Of a DNA stretch of 64,000 nt, positions 17,868 to 27,909 are shown in pieces. A program made the translations under genes and the position numbers. Below the pieces are notes generated by a model. The model saw only the letters and a list, made by a program, of their open reading frames with translations. It searched no databases and was not told where the DNA came from. The stretch is from a virus. Lineage: Duplodnaviria > Heunggongvirae > Uroviricota > Caudoviricetes. The stretch lies in the IMG/VR virus record IMGVR_UViG_3300043219_000435; one strand, 5' to 3'. How positions within the stretch are numbered: position 1 is the first letter of the stretch; every line of letters starts with the position of its first letter.

Positions 17868-18739
17868 ATATAACAGCATCACAAGTAAAAGAATTAAGAG
17901 AACTGACAGGCATTGGAATGATGCATTGTAAGAAAGCTTTGGTTGAATCTGAAGGTAATATTGAGAAAGCTATTGAGAATCTTCGTAAACAAGGTGAAGA
18001 TCTTTCAAATAAGAGAGCCGGAAAAGATGCCAATGAAGGTTGTGTATTTATAGGTTCTTCTCTTGATAAGACAGCAATTGTTGAGATTAATTGTGAGACT
18101 GATTTTGTAGCAAAGTGTGCAATCTTCCAGGATTTCGGTAAAGCTATTGTTGATTTGTTACTTGAAGGTGATTTCAATGATGTAAATGAATTACTTGGTG
18201 TAGGTATTGATGAGGAAGAGAATATCGAAACACTTGGAGATGCTATTAAACGAATGTCTGGAATGCTCGGTGAAAAGATTGAGATTAAACATTTTGAAAC
18301 TGAAGTAATTGGTGAATTTAATATTGTTGGTACATATTCTCATATGGGTGGTAAGATCGGTGTTATTATTAATTTGACATACAGTGGTTATCATGCAGAT
18401 AAAACGGTTTTAGAGGGTATTGCAAAGAAATTATGTATGCAGGTAGCAGCCACTAAACCAATTGCTGTTCATTCCCATAACGTATCTGAAACGGTCTTAA
18501 ACAAGGAACGTGAGATATACAAAGAACTTGCATTAAAAGCCGGTACTAAAGAAGAATATATTGATCGTCAAATTGAAGGAAAGCTCAAGAAATATCTTAA
18601 AGAAGTTTGTTTGTCTGAACAGAATTATATAAAAGACAATAAGACTTCAGTTGCTAAACTTTTAACAAAAACTGAAGTGGCTATGGGAATTGTTGATTTA
18701 GAGATTGATTCATTTGTTCGTTTTGAGCTTGGAAACTAA
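17864..18739 (+). CDS. tsf: translation elongation factor Ts
   Basis: N-terminal ITASQVKELRELTGIGMMHCKKALVESEGNIEKAIENLRKQG (EF-Ts UBA-like domain); typical length for the family. Confidence 0.85.
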   Translation: MNITASQVKELRELTGIGMMHCKKALVESEGNIEKAIENLRKQGEDLSNKRAGKDANEGCVFIGSSLDKTAIVEINCETDFVAKCAIFQDFGKAIVDLLLEGDFNDVNELLGVGIDEEENIETLGDAIKRMSGMLGEKIEIKHFETEVIGEFNIVGTYSHMGGKIGVIINLTYSGYHADKTVLEGIAKKLCMQVAATKPIAVHSHNVSETVLNKEREIYKELALKAGTKEEYIDRQIEGKLKKYLKEVCLSEQNYIKDNKTSVAKLLTKTEVAMGIVDLEIDSFVRFELGN

Positions 18740-18773
18740 ATTGACAAAGACATTTGAAGCTGTTGCTGTAAAG

Positions 18774-18911
18774 ATGAAAGATGGCAATGTAGGTGTTTGG
18801 ACTGATGGAGTTATGATTCAGAGTGATCATTTAACACATCCATTAGGAGATTATTGTTTCCATAAATTTGTTCCTGGAAATAAGTACAAAATAACAATTG
18901 AGAAAATATGA
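18774..18911 (+). CDS. hypothetical small protein
   Basis: The track ORF begins at 18705 inside tsf; the internal ATG at 18774 is chosen, so the start is uncertain. Confidence 0.3.
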   Translation: MKDGNVGVWTDGVMIQSDHLTHPLGDYCFHKFVPGNKYKITIEKI

Positions 18912-19117
18912 TTGAAGCACAGTTGAAAGAATTAACTAAAACTCCTAAAACTATAGATGGCAATGCTGATCTATCGTTTCATGAAATCTGTTATTGTTCC
19001 AAACTAAAGTTCGGACATACTTGGTATTCCATGAAAGAGATTGAAGTAGGTATGCAGATGTTTGAAAAAGTTAGAGCTGCAGAAGAGTTAAAAAAAATAA
19101 TCGAGGATATTAAATGA
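18908..19117 (+). CDS. hypothetical protein
   Basis: ATGA-coupled ORF. Confidence 0.35.
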   Translation: MIEAQLKELTKTPKTIDGNADLSFHEICYCSKLKFGHTWYSMKEIEVGMQMFEKVRAAEELKKIIEDIK

Positions 19118-19410
19118 AAGAGATATTAAAGAATATAACTAGTGATCGTGACATGAATCTTAATATGTTAATAACGATTTGTATTTCTGGTATTCTGTTG
19201 ATAATAATTTACGGTATAATTTCAAACGTTTCTGCGAAGAATGATATTGATCGTGATAATGCAAAGAACAGGTGTAACTATCACCGGAATGAGGTAATCA
19301 GTAAACATGATAAGATTAAAGAATTGTATAGAGAGTTAGAGATTCAGCAAAGTGAAATAATTCGTTTAGAAGAATTCGAAACTAAAGTGTTAAATAGGAT
19401 AATGAAATAA
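19114..19410 (+). CDS. membrane protein
   Basis: TM helix LITICISGILLIIIYGII. Confidence 0.4.
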   Translation: MKEILKNITSDRDMNLNMLITICISGILLIIIYGIISNVSAKNDIDRDNAKNRCNYHRNEVISKHDKIKELYRELEIQQSEIIRLEEFETKVLNRIMK

Positions 19411-19412
19411 TT

Positions 19413-19718
19413 ATGGAAGAAGAATATTTAGAAAAAAGACTTAAGAGTCAAGAAGAAAAAGTGGAAGATATGATACAACATCATGATCGAAGATTAATGA
19501 GAATACTATCAGAAAATTTCATATCTCTTACCTGGATGGTAGCGTTTATTTGTATGACGTTTGTATTGTCTTGTTTTACAGACTGTGTAATGAAAAATAA
19601 CACAGAAGATAATAAACGCTATTATGATATGGAAAAGATTAAATTGGATAATGAGATTAGGCGTTTAAGAAAGTTGGAAAAGAAAGTTATAAACGATGCA
19701 ATTGGATATACAGAATAA
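19413..19718 (+). CDS. membrane protein
   Basis: TM helix LTWMVAFICMTFVLSCF. Confidence 0.4.
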   Translation: MEEEYLEKRLKSQEEKVEDMIQHHDRRLMRILSENFISLTWMVAFICMTFVLSCFTDCVMKNNTEDNKRYYDMEKIKLDNEIRRLRKLEKKVINDAIGYTE

Positions 19719-19886
19719 TTGTTGAATACAACTGAAGTAATTGTTACTTTAGTTGTATTGGTTTATAGCTAAAGCTGTCGGCTATTGTATATTCGTTAAA
19801 AAGGACACACCATAATGTCAGCCTCGCTTTCAAGGCCGAGACATAGGGAAAGCTTCGATGAATATTCATAAATCATACTAGGGAAA

Positions 19887-19912
19887 GGAGCAATAATTTG
19901 CTCCTTTTTTTA
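19887..19912 (+). terminator. rho-independent terminator
   Basis: GGAGCAATAATTTGCTCC hairpin followed by TTTTTTT. Confidence 0.6.
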
Positions 19913-20476
19913 TACCAATTCCTGGCATTCAGGGCACTTTTTCTCATCAGTTCTTATATATTTTTTATCTACAAAATCAACTAACCATACATCATTTCCT
20001 GTTTTATAAAAGTTAATTCCATCTTCAAACATTGCTTTAGCATCAATCAATGTAACCGCAGCTTTACCTCTTCTTTCTGCAACGTCTACTGCAGTATTAA
20101 TGTTGTCAGATAAATGTACATGATGCCTGGACATCTTTTTAATGCCAGTATTTAATATTGAAGACAATGATTTTATTGGGGTTCCGTGGAATAAAACATC
20201 CGGTGGTTTTATAGCTTCCAACTGAAGTATAACTTTTATCGAATGTCCTTGTTGGGCTTTGATTTTCAATCCATCTTCACTTAATATGAAGCGTTTTTTG
20301 TCATTCTTAGCCACAACTTCTTCAATTATGTCCCTGGTCAAGTCATATTTAGTAGTTTTTTGAATAAGTTCGTCAACATATGCCCAACCATGTTCATCAA
20401 TATTTAAATTTATAGATTCTGGTTTATGTCTTAATATTAAGCTTAAATATTTGGAGATGTGTGTTAATTTTTTCAT
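19910..20476 (-). CDS. kptA: RNA 2'-phosphotransferase Tpt1/KptA
   Basis: ISKYLSLILRHKPE...HGW..VDEL...KKRF.....G..I.A.QGHS...HGT...RHHVHLS aligns with KptA over the full length. Confidence 0.85.
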   Translation of the reverse strand: MKKLTHISKYLSLILRHKPESINLNIDEHGWAYVDELIQKTTKYDLTRDIIEEVVAKNDKKRFILSEDGLKIKAQQGHSIKVILQLEAIKPPDVLFHGTPIKSLSSILNTGIKKMSRHHVHLSDNINTAVDVAERRGKAAVTLIDAKAMFEDGINFYKTGNDVWLVDFVDKKYIRTDEKKCPECQELV

Positions 20477-20521
20477 ATGTTTTCTATTTTTATATAAAAT
20501 ATAATTACTTTAGTTGGAAAT

Positions 20522-20899
20522 ATGGACAATTCAGAATATTGTGAAACAAAAGTTGCTCAAGACTTAGGATTAGCACCAGATTGGAAAGAAAAACTGGCAA
20601 AATTGTTAGAGGGAAGTGAACCAACTCGATTTATGGAAATGCACCAATGTCAAAAAGATATTTTCGAGAAAATTCCCAATCATAAAGAATTTCTTGATCG
20701 TGAAATTGAATCAGTTGCTAAAAATTACTATGAACGATTAGAAAAAACAGCAAACATCATAAAAGACTCATTTGGACAGGGTTATTATATGAAAAATGAA
20801 AAAACTTTAGTTGATGCCTGGGAAAACAGCGAAGCTAAAGCAGCTTACGATTCAATTTTTGTAAAAATTGAAGAAAAAAAGAACTCCACGAATCAATAG
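20522..20899 (+). CDS. hypothetical protein
   Basis: ORF following TACTTTAGTT. Confidence 0.4.
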   Translation: MDNSEYCETKVAQDLGLAPDWKEKLAKLLEGSEPTRFMEMHQCQKDIFEKIPNHKEFLDREIESVAKNYYERLEKTANIIKDSFGQGYYMKNEKTLVDAWENSEAKAAYDSIFVKIEEKKNSTNQ

Positions 20900-20904
20900 A
20901 CAAT

Positions 20905-21438
20905 TTAATTTAAATAGTTCTCAACTAAAGTAATTTCATCTTCATAATAAGGAAAAACTGTATCAAAATCTGTAGAAAAAGTTTTTAATTCTTCCAGGTT
21001 AATCCATTTTACTTCAGAAAGCTCTTCTGTTTGAATGATGAATTTATCTAGATCTTTTTCTCTACATTTTACAATAAAAACATCATTTATCTCGTGATCT
21101 ATAAATTTTCCATTATTAGAAATGGATTTCTTTTTTAATGACTTTATAAATTTAACATCTGCAGGAAATAATATAATACCTAATTCTTCGAAGACTTCTT
21201 TAATGACAGTTCTGAATGATCGATCACCGGCAACAACATGGCCACCACAAGAAATGTCCCACATTCCAGGAAAGGAATCTTTATTCTCAGATCGTTTTTG
21301 AATAAGAATTTGTTTATCTTCATTTATTAACCAGACATGAACCGATAAGTGCCATAAGCCTTCTTTATGAGCCTGTTCCCGTGGTGCTGTATTTCCGGTT
21401 TGTGTTCCGTCTTCATTTAATATATCTAAATATTCCAT
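20905..21438 (-). CDS. Nudix hydrolase
   Basis: Nudix box GGHVVAGDRSFRTVIKEVFEELGI. Confidence 0.7.
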   Translation of the reverse strand: MEYLDILNEDGTQTGNTAPREQAHKEGLWHLSVHVWLINEDKQILIQKRSENKDSFPGMWDISCGGHVVAGDRSFRTVIKEVFEELGIILFPADVKFIKSLKKKSISNNGKFIDHEINDVFIVKCREKDLDKFIIQTEELSEVKWINLEELKTFSTDFDTVFPYYEDEITLVENYLN

Positions 21439-21704
21439 TATTTTTCCGGTTTTAATTTTGTAACTATACCATCAATATATCCAGGCCAACTATCCACAAA
21501 TGATGATTCATTGTGTTCACGAAATCCTATAAAAACAATTCTTAACATTTCAACAGGTGTAGCAACGACCACTGCAACCGCAATACATATAAATGCTGGA
21601 ATTGTAAATATCACATATATTAATCTTTTAATCATTCCTATCATATTGTTCTCGATTTTATTTCTTTTTCTTTTTTTAATAACCAATCTTTCAACTCCAA
21701 CCAT
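21438..21704 (-). CDS. membrane protein
   Basis: TM helix VIFTIPAFICIAVAVVVA. Confidence 0.4.
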   Translation of the reverse strand: MVGVERLVIKKRKRNKIENNMIGMIKRLIYVIFTIPAFICIAVAVVVATPVEMLRIVFIGFREHNESSFVDSWPGYIDGIVTKLKPEK

Positions 21705-21916
21705 ATTTTTTTGTCACAATCATTACCTAACATATCGGTTTTATCTCCATAATCAATATCTTTTATAATTTGATTTACAGAATTGCCATCTAATACATCA
21801 TGATAATTTTTTATTAATTCAGAAGATTCGAGAGTAGCATATGTTTTTCTTCCTAATGCATATCTGAAAGTACAGATTAACAAAGTTCTTAATTCAGTAC
21901 GAGGTATCATTATCAT
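21641..21916 (-). CDS. hypothetical protein
   Basis: ORF overlapping its neighbours. Confidence 0.35.
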   Translation of the reverse strand: MIMIPRTELRTLLICTFRYALGRKTYATLESSELIKNYHDVLDGNSVNQIIKDIDYGDKTDMLGNDCDKKIWLELKDWLLKKEKEIKSRTI

Positions 21917-22314
21917 GTGAACTTCTTTTTTAAACGTTCAAATTCATCTTTTTCTTCTTTTTCTAGTTCTTCTTTTTTAGCTTTAGCTTCAACGTCTTTA
22001 TGTTCTCTATCTGCTTTAGCAGCAAGTTCTTTTTTCATGTTTACAACAACAAGAATATCTTCATTCGACATATTCAATTCTTCAAATTGAACTGAAGTAT
22101 AAACCTCTTCACCTCTACAACAACTACAAGTTGTATCTTCATAGAATACTACTTCTAAATAATCGTTTTCATAATCAACTGAAGTGGCTGAATCATAAGA
22201 TGACAACTCTTCCGAACCATATCTTTTTAATGATGCAACTCTTATTGCAGCTTTATCAATTTCTGCTGTTTTAGTATAACATTCGGTTATATATTCTTTA
22301 GTAAAGGTTTTCAT
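21913..22314 (-). CDS. hypothetical protein with a K/E-rich tail
   Basis: ORF; CSCCRGEE motif. Confidence 0.4.
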   Translation of the reverse strand: MKTFTKEYITECYTKTAEIDKAAIRVASLKRYGSEELSSYDSATSVDYENDYLEVVFYEDTTCSCCRGEEVYTSVQFEELNMSNEDILVVVNMKKELAAKADREHKDVEAKAKKEELEKEEKDEFERLKKKFT

Positions 22315-22377
22315 AATTATCTAAGACTGAAGTACTTACACATCATTTAAATATTATTTAATGGCTTGTCAATAATA

Positions 22378-22593
22378 TTATTCTGGTATATTCATCCAGG
22401 CTACAATAAGACTGTCATCTATCCAAAACTTCCCGTTTCTACCCCAGCGATTGTGTTCTTTGTTGTACCAACCAAAAGTACACATCTTTACAGTATTTCG
22501 TTGATATTTAATTAAAACGGGTTCACCATCTTCCGGCAATCTATCTTTTACATCAATCCAATCTGAATTATTTGAATTCATTCCACTTACCAT
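22378..22593 (-). CDS. hypothetical protein
   Basis: ORF. Confidence 0.35.
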   Translation of the reverse strand: MVSGMNSNNSDWIDVKDRLPEDGEPVLIKYQRNTVKMCTFGWYNKEHNRWGRNGKFWIDDSLIVAWMNIPE

Positions 22594-22837
22594 TTTCTTG
22601 TTGAATTATCATTTCAAGATAATGAAGAGCCTTCTTAAGATCTTCCATTCCATTTTTAAGCTTATATCTGGTAACATACTTAACAACATTTCCTTGGAAA
22701 TAGTCCAGTTTGTTTGCATAAATATATTGGATAGGTTGAATAGCTTGTTTAGTATAATGATCGCCACCGATTTGATGATCAAAGGTTGTTTTAATTTCAC
22801 CTGTATTTATTATTTTATCTCTGCTACTAGGAGGCAT
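22568..22837 (-). CDS. hypothetical protein
   Basis: ORF. Confidence 0.35.
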   Translation of the reverse strand: MPPSSRDKIINTGEIKTTFDHQIGGDHYTKQAIQPIQYIYANKLDYFQGNVVKYVTRYKLKNGMEDLKKALHYLEMIIQQENGKWNEFK

Positions 22838-22896
22838 ATATACTCCGGTTATTGTTTAATAACTAAAGTACATATTTTTTATTAACTAGTCAATGA

Positions 22897-23322
22897 TTAT
22901 GGTGACGGTAGTAAATTTTTCCAGGCATCTTTTTTAAAACTGCCTTCGGAAATTTTATTTGGCTTAATATCAATCGAATGATTTATAGGCTTTGGATATG
23001 TCGCATCAATCCATCTTGATTGATTTCTACACCTGAATGGCTTGTCAGATAATCCATTTTGTTGTTGATAATACTCAGACATGTCTTCCATAAAATAAAA
23101 CAATTCAGCAGGACTCAACTTTAGTTTATACAATATATTACAAAAACTACCCATCGTTGGCAAATGATCTCCATGGATTATCCTCGACACTGAAGAAGGA
23201 TAGGTATTTAATTTAAAAGACATTTCTTTTGTACTTAAGTCATGTCTTTTCATATAAAGCCTAACTATTTTTTGAAACGGGTTATCGGAACGAATTCTTT
23301 TGACTTTTTTAACTTTGGGCAT
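22897..23322 (-). CDS. HTH (XRE/Cro-like) DNA-binding protein
   Basis: LSTKEMSFKLNTYPSSVSRIIHG helix-turn-helix. Confidence 0.5.
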   Translation of the reverse strand: MPKVKKVKRIRSDNPFQKIVRLYMKRHDLSTKEMSFKLNTYPSSVSRIIHGDHLPTMGSFCNILYKLKLSPAELFYFMEDMSEYYQQQNGLSDKPFRCRNQSRWIDATYPKPINHSIDIKPNKISEGSFKKDAWKNLLPSP

Positions 23323-23680
23323 TAAATATTAATCCTATAAATTTTTTCAAATATCTTATTTGTTCTAGATATGTACATATTTCACGATCAGGCTCTGCTT
23401 CAATATCAGAATATTTATTATTAGCATAATCAAAGGATCTTTTTATTAATTCATCCATGTATCCATATTGAAATCTTTCTTTAAGATAATTTTCTTGATG
23501 AATCCAAAACGCACCTGTACCTTTTGATTCATCTAACCATTCATCAAGACATGCATGTAAAAATTCTCTCCTCTTTTTTGTTAATTTTAAAAGATCACAT
23601 TCGGGAGGACAAATATCACTATGAATTTTCGTTCCATCGTCTTTGAGATATTCTATTTGTGCATGTACATTATTTTTCAT
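23309..23680 (-). CDS. hypothetical protein
   Basis: ORF. Confidence 0.4.
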   Translation of the reverse strand: MKNNVHAQIEYLKDDGTKIHSDICPPECDLLKLTKKRREFLHACLDEWLDESKGTGAFWIHQENYLKERFQYGYMDELIKRSFDYANNKYSDIEAEPDREICTYLEQIRYLKKFIGLIFNAQS

Positions 23681-24153
23681 CTACTATGATTCCAGGCAGT
23701 TCGATAATGAATATTTAATTTTTTTGCAATATCAGGCAAAGACATTTTTTTATATTGCAATTCTTTAACTTTTTTTCTTAAAGTAATGCGTTGAATTTCA
23801 CGCATAGTGATTTTAGTATTATCATGTTCTGGATGGTTTATAAAAAATTGAGTGATTAAATATCTTGAAATCGTTGCTTGTGCAATTCCAAGATCTTCAA
23901 TAATATCAGCAGTAGATTTTCCTTCCATATGCATTTCATAAACACGTTCCATTTTTTCTTTTTTTGATAATTTTAATTTTTTTATTGGTCCAACCATAGT
24001 AATCAATTCTCTTAGAGAATGACTATAAACTTTACTTTTATATCTTATTGATAATCTTCCAAATTTGTCATATGGAACAACTGTATTAACTCGATAAACA
24101 ATTTTTGTGTTTAAATCTATACAGTGATTTGGATACTTTGGTATTATTTTCAT
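23677..24153 (-). CDS. DNA-binding protein with two HTH motifs (regulator or sigma-region-4-like)
   Basis: ADIIEDLGIAQATISRYL and LPDIAKKLNIHYRTAWNH. Confidence 0.45.
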   Translation of the reverse strand: MKIIPKYPNHCIDLNTKIVYRVNTVVPYDKFGRLSIRYKSKVYSHSLRELITMVGPIKKLKLSKKEKMERVYEMHMEGKSTADIIEDLGIAQATISRYLITQFFINHPEHDNTKITMREIQRITLRKKVKELQYKKMSLPDIAKKLNIHYRTAWNHSR

Positions 24154-24419
24154 TTTTTCCCTTTAAAAAATAAATGAGTCGATAGGTTATTATCCTACTT
24201 GCCTTATCCACGTACATTTTAATCCTATTATAACCGAAGCTACCATTCCGATAATGTGGATTATATCAGAGGTAATTACGCTGTTTCACATTATAATACA
24301 GACTCACTTCACAGTGCAACTCATCTATCAATAAAAACTAAAGTAATTTATATCATTTTTAATGTCAATACATAAATGATATGTTATATTATAACAATGA
24401 AAATTTATTAAGGATTAAT
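24154..24419. promoter_or_regulatory. 266-bp divergent intergenic control region
   Basis: Largest non-coding gap apart from the RNA clusters; lies between divergent operons and contains AACTAAAGTA, GTCAATA-N12-TTATATT and an AAGGAT RBS. Confidence 0.4.
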
Positions 24420-25079
24420 ATGAAAGTACTTATAACAGCCGGTAGCACCAAAACAATGATTGACCAAGTAAGATGTATCACCAACGTCTTTAAAGGCCGT
24501 ACAGGGGCTGATATGGCAGAATACTTTGGTGCAAATGGTCATTATGTTGATTTATTAACATCGAATACAGATATCAAATTAATGAACAATGTAATGGTCC
24601 TTCCTCATTACAAAACATATGATGATTTGTTTGAGTCAATGAAAAAATTTATTACTATGAAAAAATATGATGTGATTATTCATAGTGCTGCAGTATCAGA
24701 TTATAAACCTGATGGGATATTTAAACCTGATATGTCGTCTGGTGAATTGGAATTAGAATGTGTTTCTTCAGCAACTAAAGTAAGTTCTGATCATGATGAA
24801 CTTTATATCAAAATGATTCCTACAGAAAAGATAATAGATAAAATTCGTTCTGAATGGGGTTTTGAAGGTACTTTAGTTAAGTTCAAGTTACAAGTTGATA
24901 TGAAAGATAAAGAGTTAATATCGGTAGCCCAGGAATCTCGCAAAGCAAGTAATGCTGATATTATTGTTGCAAACTGTTTAGAATGGGCAAGAGAAAGAGC
25001 ATATATTTGTGATGATAATGGACATTTAAATGTTAAACGTTGTAATCTATCTAAAAAATTATTGGAGAAGATTAGCTAA
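24420..25079 (+). CDS. coaB: phosphopantothenate-cysteine ligase (CoaB domain)
   Basis: MKVLITAGSTKTMIDQVRCITNVFKGRTG...AAVSDY matches the CoaB domain of CoaBC. Confidence 0.75.
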   Translation: MKVLITAGSTKTMIDQVRCITNVFKGRTGADMAEYFGANGHYVDLLTSNTDIKLMNNVMVLPHYKTYDDLFESMKKFITMKKYDVIIHSAAVSDYKPDGIFKPDMSSGELELECVSSATKVSSDHDELYIKMIPTEKIIDKIRSEWGFEGTLVKFKLQVDMKDKELISVAQESRKASNADIIVANCLEWARERAYICDDNGHLNVKRCNLSKKLLEKIS

Positions 25080-25639
25080 TGAATATATTATTAGGAATCA
25101 CCGGATCTATCAGTGCATATAAAGCATGTGATATCATATCTGGATTAAATGCTACCGGCCATGATGTTAAAGTAATAATGACTGAAGATGCTAAAAACTT
25201 TATAACTGAAATGAGTTTATCAATTATTTCCGGTAGAGAAGTTGTTTCAAAATTTTCAACTGAAGTAACTGGTCAGGTTGAACATATTGATCTGGCTGAG
25301 TGGGGAGAAATGTTATTAATTGCTCCTGCTACTGCCAATACAATTGCAAAACTTGCAAATGGAATTTGTGATAATGTATTGACTGCAACCGCTTTAGCTT
25401 TTCGAGGAAAGTTTAAAATACTTGCTCCTGCAATGAATACTCTAATGTATGACCATAAAACAACCAAAGGCAATTTAAAAAAACTTGGGGGTAAATTTTC
25501 TGAAAAAAATGTTTGGCATATTATTGAACCTGATGAAGGATTGTTAGCTTGTGGTGAAACCGGAGTTGGTAAATTACGAAAACCTAGAAGGATCGTTGAA
25601 ATAATAAACAAACTGGTAACTTTAAAAGAGGAAATATAA
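25079..25639 (+). CDS. coaC: phosphopantothenoylcysteine decarboxylase (CoaC flavoprotein)
   Basis: LLGITGSISAYKA..GH.V.V.MTE.A..FI; LIAPATANTIAKLANG; PAMN..M. Confidence 0.8.
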   Translation: MNILLGITGSISAYKACDIISGLNATGHDVKVIMTEDAKNFITEMSLSIISGREVVSKFSTEVTGQVEHIDLAEWGEMLLIAPATANTIAKLANGICDNVLTATALAFRGKFKILAPAMNTLMYDHKTTKGNLKKLGGKFSEKNVWHIIEPDEGLLACGETGVGKLRKPRRIVEIINKLVTLKEEI

Positions 25640-26835
25640 TGAGCAAAGCAGTATTCGCATTCTCTGCAGATCCAATAACATTTGGACATATTGATATAAT
25701 CAAAAGAGCATTAACTATGTTTGATGAAGTTATAATTGCCATTGGTAATAATACTGAGAAAACATATTTGTTTCCAACAGAAAAAAGAATTGAAATGACA
25801 ATTGATGCTTTAGCTACTATTGGACATGTAAATCAATATCCATATACAAATACAGTTAAAACATATGAAGGTTTATTAATTGATTTTGCATATGAACAAA
25901 AAGCAAATGTAATCGTAAGAGGAGTTCGAAATGCTGCCGATTTTGATTATGAAAAAAGAATGGCTTTGTGTGGTGAATCCCAGGATCTTGATATAGAAAC
26001 CGTTTTGTTAATGTCAAATCAAAAATATGAACATGTATCTTCTGGATCTGTAAAATCTCTTTTAAAAAGTGGGGGCTTCATTCATAAGATGGTTCCTCTC
26101 AATGTTAAATATAATCTTGAAAAAGAACTGCTAAAGCAATATATAATTGGTGTAACTGGTGAGATGGGTTCCGGCAAATCATTTGTTACTAAAAAATTAA
26201 TTGAAAAGATCGAATCAAAAGGTTATGAAGTTCATCATCTGGATCTTGATAAGATTGCTCACGAAGTATTGAAAGATTTAAAACAACCTGCTTATGTAAA
26301 TGTAAGAAAAATGCTGATAAGTACTTTTGGATTGGTTCATCAATGCAATGACGATTATATTGACCGTGCAGAAATAGGTAAAATTATTTTTGCTGATAAA
26401 AATGATATGGAAACATTTAATTCTATAATGCTTAAACCAATGCTCACAAGAATCAAGAAAGAACTGTTTGGCAAGAAAGGAATCATTCTTTTCAACAGTG
26501 CATTATTGGCTGAAGCAGATTGGAATTTGATCTGTAATAATTTTGTAATACTTATTAATACAACCAAAGAACTTCAGTTAAAGCGTTTACTAAATCGTGG
26601 CTTGGATGAAGATCAAATTAAAGAACGTCTTGATAATCAATTGAGTTTTGAAGATAAATACAATAAGATTTATTCTGATATAACAAAACATAATCAAGGT
26701 AAAACTTTTGTGTTCGAAAATACTTTAGATGATCTTGAACCAGAATTGGAAAGAGTCACAACTGAAGTAATTAGTTCAATTATTAATACTGAAAATTATG
26801 ATGCCTATTACCAAGAAGTAAATGGTTTACTTTAA
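25639..26835 (+). CDS. coaDE: bifunctional phosphopantetheine adenylyltransferase / dephospho-CoA kinase
   Basis: N-terminal AVFAFSADPITFGHIDII..RGVRNAADFDYE (CoaD); C-terminal IIGVTGEMGSGKSFV... with a P-loop (CoaE). Confidence 0.8.
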   Translation: MSKAVFAFSADPITFGHIDIIKRALTMFDEVIIAIGNNTEKTYLFPTEKRIEMTIDALATIGHVNQYPYTNTVKTYEGLLIDFAYEQKANVIVRGVRNAADFDYEKRMALCGESQDLDIETVLLMSNQKYEHVSSGSVKSLLKSGGFIHKMVPLNVKYNLEKELLKQYIIGVTGEMGSGKSFVTKKLIEKIESKGYEVHHLDLDKIAHEVLKDLKQPAYVNVRKMLISTFGLVHQCNDDYIDRAEIGKIIFADKNDMETFNSIMLKPMLTRIKKELFGKKGIILFNSALLAEADWNLICNNFVILINTTKELQLKRLLNRGLDEDQIKERLDNQLSFEDKYNKIYSDITKHNQGKTFVFENTLDDLEPELERVTTEVISSIINTENYDAYYQEVNGLL

Positions 26836-26841
26836 ATAAAA

Positions 26842-26880
26842 AGAGAGTTGGACATAGTGTACCCAACTCTCTCTTATTCT
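26842..26880. terminator. hairpin terminator between convergent genes
   Basis: AGAGAGTTGG-loop-CCAACTCTCT followed by a T-rich stretch. Confidence 0.5.
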
Positions 26881-26949
26881 TGGAAATGCATCAAACGATG
26901 CTCAAACAAAATAAATTAATTATTTTGTTTGGTCAACAATTATTATTTG

Positions 26950-27909
26950 TTATTTGCTACCTGCAGCTACTTCCGCAACTTTTTTGATAGTTGCTGCGTC
27001 AGCTTGTGCATTAAGAGCACTCTTAGCCATATCAGAAATTTGATTTACTTGATTTTCGATGATTGAATTTGATTTGTCAAGTTGAGCAATAAGATCTGTT
27101 ATTTTTTCCTCTAAAGAATTAATTCTTCCTTCCTGGATCTCAGCTTTAGATTCAGCACCCATTTTTGCCATACTAGAAGCATACTGTGCAGATCTTTTTG
27201 CTTTATCTTCACCGTCAACATATGATTTAGCAACTTTTTCTGCAGTCGAGTTTTCAAGCTCTGTGATCTTATTATTGAGAACTTCAACTTCTGCTTCACG
27301 TTGCTCAAGATCATCTTCACGACCATTGAGTTCCGTTTCACGAGTATCAAGAGATTTGAGTTTTGTACGAAGTGCATCATCAACAGCATCATTTGACATT
27401 GAACGTTTTCTGTCTGTCTCATATGAATAAACTTCAAGTTCACGTCTACGAGAAACTTCAAGATCATTTTTCTTGTCTGATGAATTCTCAATAATTTCAT
27501 TGTAATAAGTGTCAGCACGATCTCTGATGTCTTTTGCTTTTTCGTCAGCATCAGTAACCAGTTTTTCTTTAACTGCAGCTAAAGCAGCAAGATCATTTGC
27601 ACTTACTTCAATACCATGAACATCTTTAAGCTCAGCTTTTTTAGCTTCGATAGCAGTAATGATATCTTCATATTGACTTTTAAGATCAGTAATTTGACCA
27701 ACTAAAGTACTAAGAACACCATCAATAGCACTAATGTCCATTGAGTTTGCACTTGCAATAGAACCTTTGATTTTAGCTTCTGTTGCTTTAGCTGTTGTAG
27801 TGATTGGTCCACCTTGAATAGCTTCCAATTTTGCTTTTTGCTCTTTGTATGCATCCCACAAATCTTTTTTTGTTGAACCCATGAATTTAATTCCGTTATT
27901 ATCTGACAT
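26950..27909 (-). CDS. long coiled-coil protein (function unknown)
   Basis: Heptad-rich E/K/A sequence with no catalytic motifs. Confidence 0.4.
   Translation of the reverse strand: MSDNNGIKFMGSTKKDLWDAYKEQKAKLEAIQGGPITTTAKATEAKIKGSIASANSMDISAIDGVLSTLVGQITDLKSQYEDIITAIEAKKAELKDVHGIEVSANDLAALAAVKEKLVTDADEKAKDIRDRADTYYNEIIENSSDKKNDLEVSRRRELEVYSYETDRKRSMSNDAVDDALRTKLKSLDTRETELNGREDDLEQREAEVEVLNNKITELENSTAEKVAKSYVDGEDKAKRSAQYASSMAKMGAESKAEIQEGRINSLEEKITDLIAQLDKSNSIIENQVNQISDMAKSALNAQADAATIKKVAEVAAGSK

Noticed and set aside
17839-18177. Minus-strand ORF overlapping tsf (also 18191..18394)
   Set aside because: It is antisense to a high-confidence EF-Ts gene.
25273-25689. Minus-strand ORF inside coaC and coaDE (also 26355..26567)
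   Set aside because: It is antisense to strongly supported CoA pathway genes.
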